Assembly: GCA_049971465.1 (NCBI GenBank)
Contig: JBMFLB010000001.1
Coordinates: forward strand, 1-42,497
DNA: 42,497 bases
Reading direction: 5' to 3'
From: Minisyncoccia bacterium
GTDB lineage: Bacteria; Patescibacteriota; Minisyncoccia; UBA6257; GWB1-50-10
The number at the start of each line of letters is the position of its first letter. The first letter of the stretch is position 1. The position numbers were made by a program, and so were the translations under genes. The notes under the pieces were generated by a model that did no database searches, had not been told where the DNA came from, and was given only the letters and a program-made list of their open reading frames with translations. This document shows positions 38,491-42,497 of the stretch, piece after piece.

Positions 38491-39202
38491 ATTTTTTTGT
38501 CATTAACCAATATTTTATTTTTATCACAGATAAAAAATTTATTAAAAGGTTTTTAAATTTAAATTTATAATATTTGTGATTAGTATTAGAAAATTGGATG
38601 GGGACTTCTTTCATTTTATACCCTAAACTTTTTGCTAATGCTATAATTTCAATATTAAACATAGAGTTATTTATTTTATTTATTGTAAACAATGTTTGCG
38701 CTGCTTGTTCAGAAAAACATTTAAATTGACATAAACCATCATTAATATTTAATGCTAAAAATAATTTTATTAATAAATTTATAATTTTTACGAATAAAAA
38801 TTTATAAAATTGCAAAAAATTAAATTTTTGGGCGAAACGTGACCCAACAATAATATCATATCCTTGTTTAAAATATGGAATCATATTTTCAAATTGATCA
38901 ATAAAAACAATATTTTTTGCATCAATAAATAATCGCCACTGCCCTTTTGCTTTTAACATTCCATATTTTACTGCTCCTCCTTTTTTTTCTGGCCAAGGGC
39001 TTAATTCTAGATTTAAATTTTTAATCATTTTTTGCATTTTTTTAACAATATCAATAGTATTATCTATTGATTGGGCATCAACAACAATAATTTCATAAGA
39101 AAAATTAACGGTTGATAGATATTTATCAACATCTAATAAAGTAAGTGGTAAAAATTGAGATTCATTATAACACGGTATTATTATTGATAAAAACGGTTTC
39201 AT
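38480..39202 (-). CDS. Family 2 glycosyltransferase (dolichyl/polyprenyl-phosphate glycosyltransferase-like)
   Basis: LSIIIPCYNES, EIIVVDAQSIDNT, KGGAVKYGMLKAKG, LFIDAKN (DXD position reads DAK), IIVGSRF. Confidence 0.75.
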   Translation of the reverse strand: MKPFLSIIIPCYNESQFLPLTLLDVDKYLSTVNFSYEIIVVDAQSIDNTIDIVKKMQKMIKNLNLELSPWPEKKGGAVKYGMLKAKGQWRLFIDAKNIVFIDQFENMIPYFKQGYDIIVGSRFAQKFNFLQFYKFLFVKIINLLIKLFLALNINDGLCQFKCFSEQAAQTLFTINKINNSMFNIEIIALAKSLGYKMKEVPIQFSNTNHKYYKFKFKNLLINFLSVIKIKYWLMTKKYAA

Positions 39203-39210
39203 TTATATCT

Positions 39211-41592
39211 TTATTCTCTTAATCTACGATGAATTTCTAATTCTATCTCCTCTAATGGTTTGCCATATTTTAATGATGATAAACGTTTTAATTCTTGGGC
39301 TAAAGAAAAATTACTTGGAACAGGTGGATCAATAGCAATATTAAATGGTTTAGCAGTTGTATTATGGATTAATATTTTTACATAAGCATGAAAATTATCG
39401 ATATTCATTAAATCACTAGCAGTAAATACTGGTTCAAATTGTTTAACTAAAAACTCAGCATCTTGAGCACCAACTCTAAAAGCAATAATAGAACCAACAT
39501 TGCCAAAAACTGCATCTCTAATTTTTTCATTTAATTGATTAATAAATTGATGGGCAATTGTTAAATTTAAATGATATTTTCTTGCTTCTGATAATATAGA
39601 AACAATAGAATCGGTGGTAAAATTTTGGAACTCATCAATAAATAAATTAAAATCTTTTCTTTGTTCTTGAGGTATATCAACCCTTGATAATGCCGCCATT
39701 AAAATTTTACCAATAATTATCATTCCTAAAAGATTAGCATTTATATCTCCAATTTTGCCCTTGCTTAAATTTACTAAAATAATTTTATTTTCATCCATTG
39801 CTTTTCTAAAATTAAATGCTGATTTATATTGCCCGATAATTGGACGTACATAATCATTAGCTAAAAAATTATTAAATTTTGAAGTAATATAAGGAGCAAT
39901 ATTTGCTAATGATGCTTCACCACCAACTTTTATTGCTTCTTTAGTCCAAAAATCTATAACAATTGTATTTGTAATTCTTCCTAATTTTCTTTCTCGATAT
40001 TCATCATCAGTAAATACCCGTGGTACTTCAACTAATGTTGCTGGTTCGTTAGCCATATCTTCCATTAAAAGCAACAAAGCATTTCTCATATATTGTTCAA
40101 ACATTGGACCCATTGTTTCTTGAGCAAATAACTTATTAAAAATACTTTGAATTTCATTTACAATAAATGTTTTTTCTGCTGGATGTTCAAAATTATATTC
40201 CAACATATTTAAACCTAACGGACGGCTTAAGTCCCCAGGATCAAAAATAATTACATCATCATATCTTCTTTCTGGGATACAGCCAGCAATTTTTTCAACT
40301 AAATCACCATGAGGATCAACAATACAAACCCCTTTATCGCGATTGATATCACTTATAACCATATTACTTAATAAAGTTGATTTACCAGTACCAGTTTGAC
40401 CAATTACATATATATGACGAGGACGATCTTCATCGCTAATATAAACTTCTCGAAGGGAATCGCGAAATATACTTTTTCCAATCAATACCCCCTGTGAAGG
40501 TAAATTAACTGGTGGTTCAGCTTCTCTTGCCTTTAGCCATTTTATTCGTGGTATATCAGTAAATGGTGTTGGTAAATGAAACAAACTTGCTATTTCTTCA
40601 GTATTTAAAATAACGTTTTCTCCCGGATTAAACAAACGATAAATAAATTCATAAAAAAAATTATACATATTACGCGATTTAACAATAGCAAAATCATTTC
40701 TAAATACTGCTGAAAATTGAGCAAAACCTGATGTCAACTGAGATAAAATTGATTCAGTTTCCATCTGATTTTCTGCCGAGGCAACAAATCGTATATTAAT
40801 ATCAAATAATTGTTTAGCAGTCTTTTTTTCTAATGCCTTTATCATTTCCTCGTCAATAACTTTTTCTTTAGGTTTTTGGCTTTCTTCTTTAAGATTAGGT
40901 TGAAATAAATAAATTGAGTCTATAATCTCATTAATATTAATATTTTTACTTACAGTGTTTATAATCGAATTAAATGTTTTTCCTTGTTTTAATTGATAAA
41001 CAATTTTCTTTAATATTGATTCTTGTGTTGTATTTGGTTTACAAACTAATTGAATAGATGCGCCTTGCCCATGTTTACTAATTTGAGCAAAACCTCCTAA
41101 AATTACTGAAAAACTATCAACTTCCATTTCTTGATAAGTTCTAATTGGAATTGCAAAATGATGTTTTTGGGTTAAATAAGCACCCAATGAAACACCATTA
41201 TTATTAAACACATTGTATTCGCTAACGACATCAACTTGCGCTCCGGGCCAAATAGCAGTAATTTCTTTCATAACAGCATCAACATATTTTGAATTAACAG
41301 ATAAATAAAAATAAATTTCTTCGCCAATATAGGGTACTGCAATTTCAAAAGTAAAACCTTCTTTTAATGATGCTAACGCATTAAATAATTGTTCAGTTTT
41401 ATTAATTTCATCTTTAAAATTTTTATTTTCTTTTGATTCTTTTGGCAACTGAATTAATAATAAAGATGTTTGCAATGATTTAACTAATTTTTGTTTTCTT
41501 TGCCATTTAATATAAATAAAAAATCCAAATAATAATAATAAGCCAATAAAAAATATAATAATACTAACAAATTGAATAATTGCAGTACTCAT
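39211..41592 (-). CDS. Membrane-anchored FtsK/HerA superfamily P-loop ATPase, TraD/VirD4 coupling-protein-like
   Basis: N-terminal TM. Walker A VIGQTGTGKSTLL, IVDPHGDL, LGLNMLE, Walker B LFIDEFQNF, ARKYHLNLTIAHQ, GSIIAFRVG. Confidence 0.7.
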   Translation of the reverse strand: MSTAIIQFVSIIIFFIGLLLLFGFFIYIKWQRKQKLVKSLQTSLLLIQLPKESKENKNFKDEINKTEQLFNALASLKEGFTFEIAVPYIGEEIYFYLSVNSKYVDAVMKEITAIWPGAQVDVVSEYNVFNNNGVSLGAYLTQKHHFAIPIRTYQEMEVDSFSVILGGFAQISKHGQGASIQLVCKPNTTQESILKKIVYQLKQGKTFNSIINTVSKNININEIIDSIYLFQPNLKEESQKPKEKVIDEEMIKALEKKTAKQLFDINIRFVASAENQMETESILSQLTSGFAQFSAVFRNDFAIVKSRNMYNFFYEFIYRLFNPGENVILNTEEIASLFHLPTPFTDIPRIKWLKAREAEPPVNLPSQGVLIGKSIFRDSLREVYISDEDRPRHIYVIGQTGTGKSTLLSNMVISDINRDKGVCIVDPHGDLVEKIAGCIPERRYDDVIIFDPGDLSRPLGLNMLEYNFEHPAEKTFIVNEIQSIFNKLFAQETMGPMFEQYMRNALLLLMEDMANEPATLVEVPRVFTDDEYRERKLGRITNTIVIDFWTKEAIKVGGEASLANIAPYITSKFNNFLANDYVRPIIGQYKSAFNFRKAMDENKIILVNLSKGKIGDINANLLGMIIIGKILMAALSRVDIPQEQRKDFNLFIDEFQNFTTDSIVSILSEARKYHLNLTIAHQFINQLNEKIRDAVFGNVGSIIAFRVGAQDAEFLVKQFEPVFTASDLMNIDNFHAYVKILIHNTTAKPFNIAIDPPVPSNFSLAQELKRLSSLKYGKPLEEIELEIHRRLRE

Positions 41593-41993
41593 ATAATCTT
41601 TTTTTGTTTTAAAATTGGAATCATTTTTTCTACCATTGCATCATGAAAAGCATCTTCAACAAATGGTGGATATTTTTTAGCAATATTTACTGCATTTTCC
41701 AAATCACCTTCTAAAACTAATTGAAGTAAATTATCTATTATTTTTTTAATATTAGGATCGGTTTCATTGTGAATGATATATTCCGGATAAAATTGTTCTA
41801 AATTTTGCTTTGCATTTTCAGTTGTCGATTTAACTTGTTGAGAATATGTTTTAATTGATTGTTTTACTATTTCCTTTTCATTATAGGTATGATCTAATTT
41901 TTCTTTAGCGGCATTATCAATTTTTTCATGAATATATGGTTTTAATTTATTGATGCTGTGTTCTAAATTTTCAGAATAATTTTTTCGTTTCAT
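41589..41993 (-). CDS. Hypothetical 134-aa helical protein, translationally coupled to the ATPase
   Basis: ATGA overlap with the ATPase start. TATAAT (42000-42005, minus) lies 6 nt upstream of its ATG. No recognisable family. Confidence 0.5.
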   Translation of the reverse strand: MKRKNYSENLEHSINKLKPYIHEKIDNAAKEKLDHTYNEKEIVKQSIKTYSQQVKSTTENAKQNLEQFYPEYIIHNETDPNIKKIIDNLLQLVLEGDLENAVNIAKKYPPFVEDAFHDAMVEKMIPILKQKKII

Positions 41994-42027
41994 ATTTTAA
42001 TTATACATTAATTACCCAACAAAATCA

Positions 42028-42497
42028 TTAAAAGCCTTGTAATTTTATTGAACCCGGCACTGAATTAACATCAACATTACTAGAACTATTATATTTATTA
42101 TCAGGCTGGGTTGTTGGATTAGTTTGACCACTGCCACCAGACCAATCAGTTTGATCAAATGTTTTATTAACCCAACGACTTAAATAATATGAGACGTTAT
42201 AAGAACCTGATTTACCTTGATTAGTTAACCAATTTACTATTACATTTATCAATTGTGTTGAAGGATCTAAAGTACCGCCGCTGGGGACAATATTATCACT
42301 TGCATCCCGATAAACATCATTTACTGTAAAATAACGAGTAAAAACAGCGCTGTTATACAATCTTTTTATTTCTGTTGTGCTTAAAGCTCTATTATAGATG
42401 CGGACTTCGTCGATGAGACCTTTCATTTTAGTAGCTAAATCATCTCTTGAACCAATACGCAATGTTTTGTTAGCATCGCCTATTGTTGTAGATAACG
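42028..42497 (-). CDS. C-terminal part of a large LamG/concanavalin-A-like domain surface protein (5'-partial, runs off right edge)
   Basis: IGDANKTLRIGSRDDLATKMKGLIDEVRIYNRALSTTEIKRLYNS is the typical LamG tail motif. The frame is open to the window edge. Confidence 0.7.
   Translation of the reverse strand, partial: LSTTIGDANKTLRIGSRDDLATKMKGLIDEVRIYNRALSTTEIKRLYNSAVFTRYFTVNDVYRDASDNIVPSGGTLDPSTQLINVIVNWLTNQGKSGSYNVSYYLSRWVNKTFDQTDWSGGSGQTNPTTQPDNKYNSSSNVDVNSVPGSIKLQGF

Overview
The window is very AT-rich (about three-quarters A+T by eye), gene-dense and almost entirely housekeeping. It looks like a reduced-genome bacterium of the CPR/Patescibacteria type. That placement is an inference from DUF5663-like and LamG proteins, short Mur ligases, an archaeal-type PdaD, and 23S-5S genes with no 16S nearby. 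The standard genetic code applies, because TGA terminates mraZ and ctpA at the expected ends.

Content, left to right:
- rplJ(partial)-rplL, tRNA-Val, an M23/LysM peptidase.
- dcw block 1: mraZ-rsmH-ftsL-ftsI-murF, then tRNA-Glu.
- A membrane ORF, rmuC, dedA.
- A 23S-5S rRNA pair without 16S.
- pgk, a DHH phosphoesterase, RNase HI, pdaD, dcd, tRNA-Gln(CUG), dnaX.
- A DUF4015-like hydrolase, a PEBP protein, ychF, scpA (frameshifted), scpB.
- dcw block 2: S11-like protein, mraY, D-aminoacylase-like amidohydrolase, ftsW, murG.
- gltX, a FemAB-like remnant, a murE-like ligase.
- A secreted ORF, a PD-(D/E)XK nuclease, rpmA, rplI, ctpA, thpR, def-fmt, tRNA-Gln(UUG).
- A minus-strand cluster: GalT-like, GT2, a 793-aa membrane-anchored TraD/VirD4/HerA-type ATPase, a 134-aa ORF and a LamG-domain protein that runs off the right edge.

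No CRISPR array, transposase, integrase or prophage signal was seen.

Main points worth a second look:
1. The ATPase-GT2-GalT operon next to the LamG protein.
2. An amidohydrolase in the murD position, next to an S11 homolog that has lost all three catalytic motifs.
3. Extended -10 boxes, including a recurring TAGTACAAT 9-mer, 6-8 nt upstream of many start codons and tRNA 5' ends. Together with tRNA-punctuation-like gene junctions, this suggests widespread leaderless expression.
4. A GTGG direct-repeat array (candidate MraZ operator) behind a near-consensus promoter.
5. Unusual 23S nucleotides: GAAA instead of GAGA in the sarcin-ricin loop, and an A2057/U2611 pair.
6. A frameshifted scpA, a split ORF, and a GC-rich codon patch inside pgk.

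All protein calls rest on motif recognition by eye. No database search was run.
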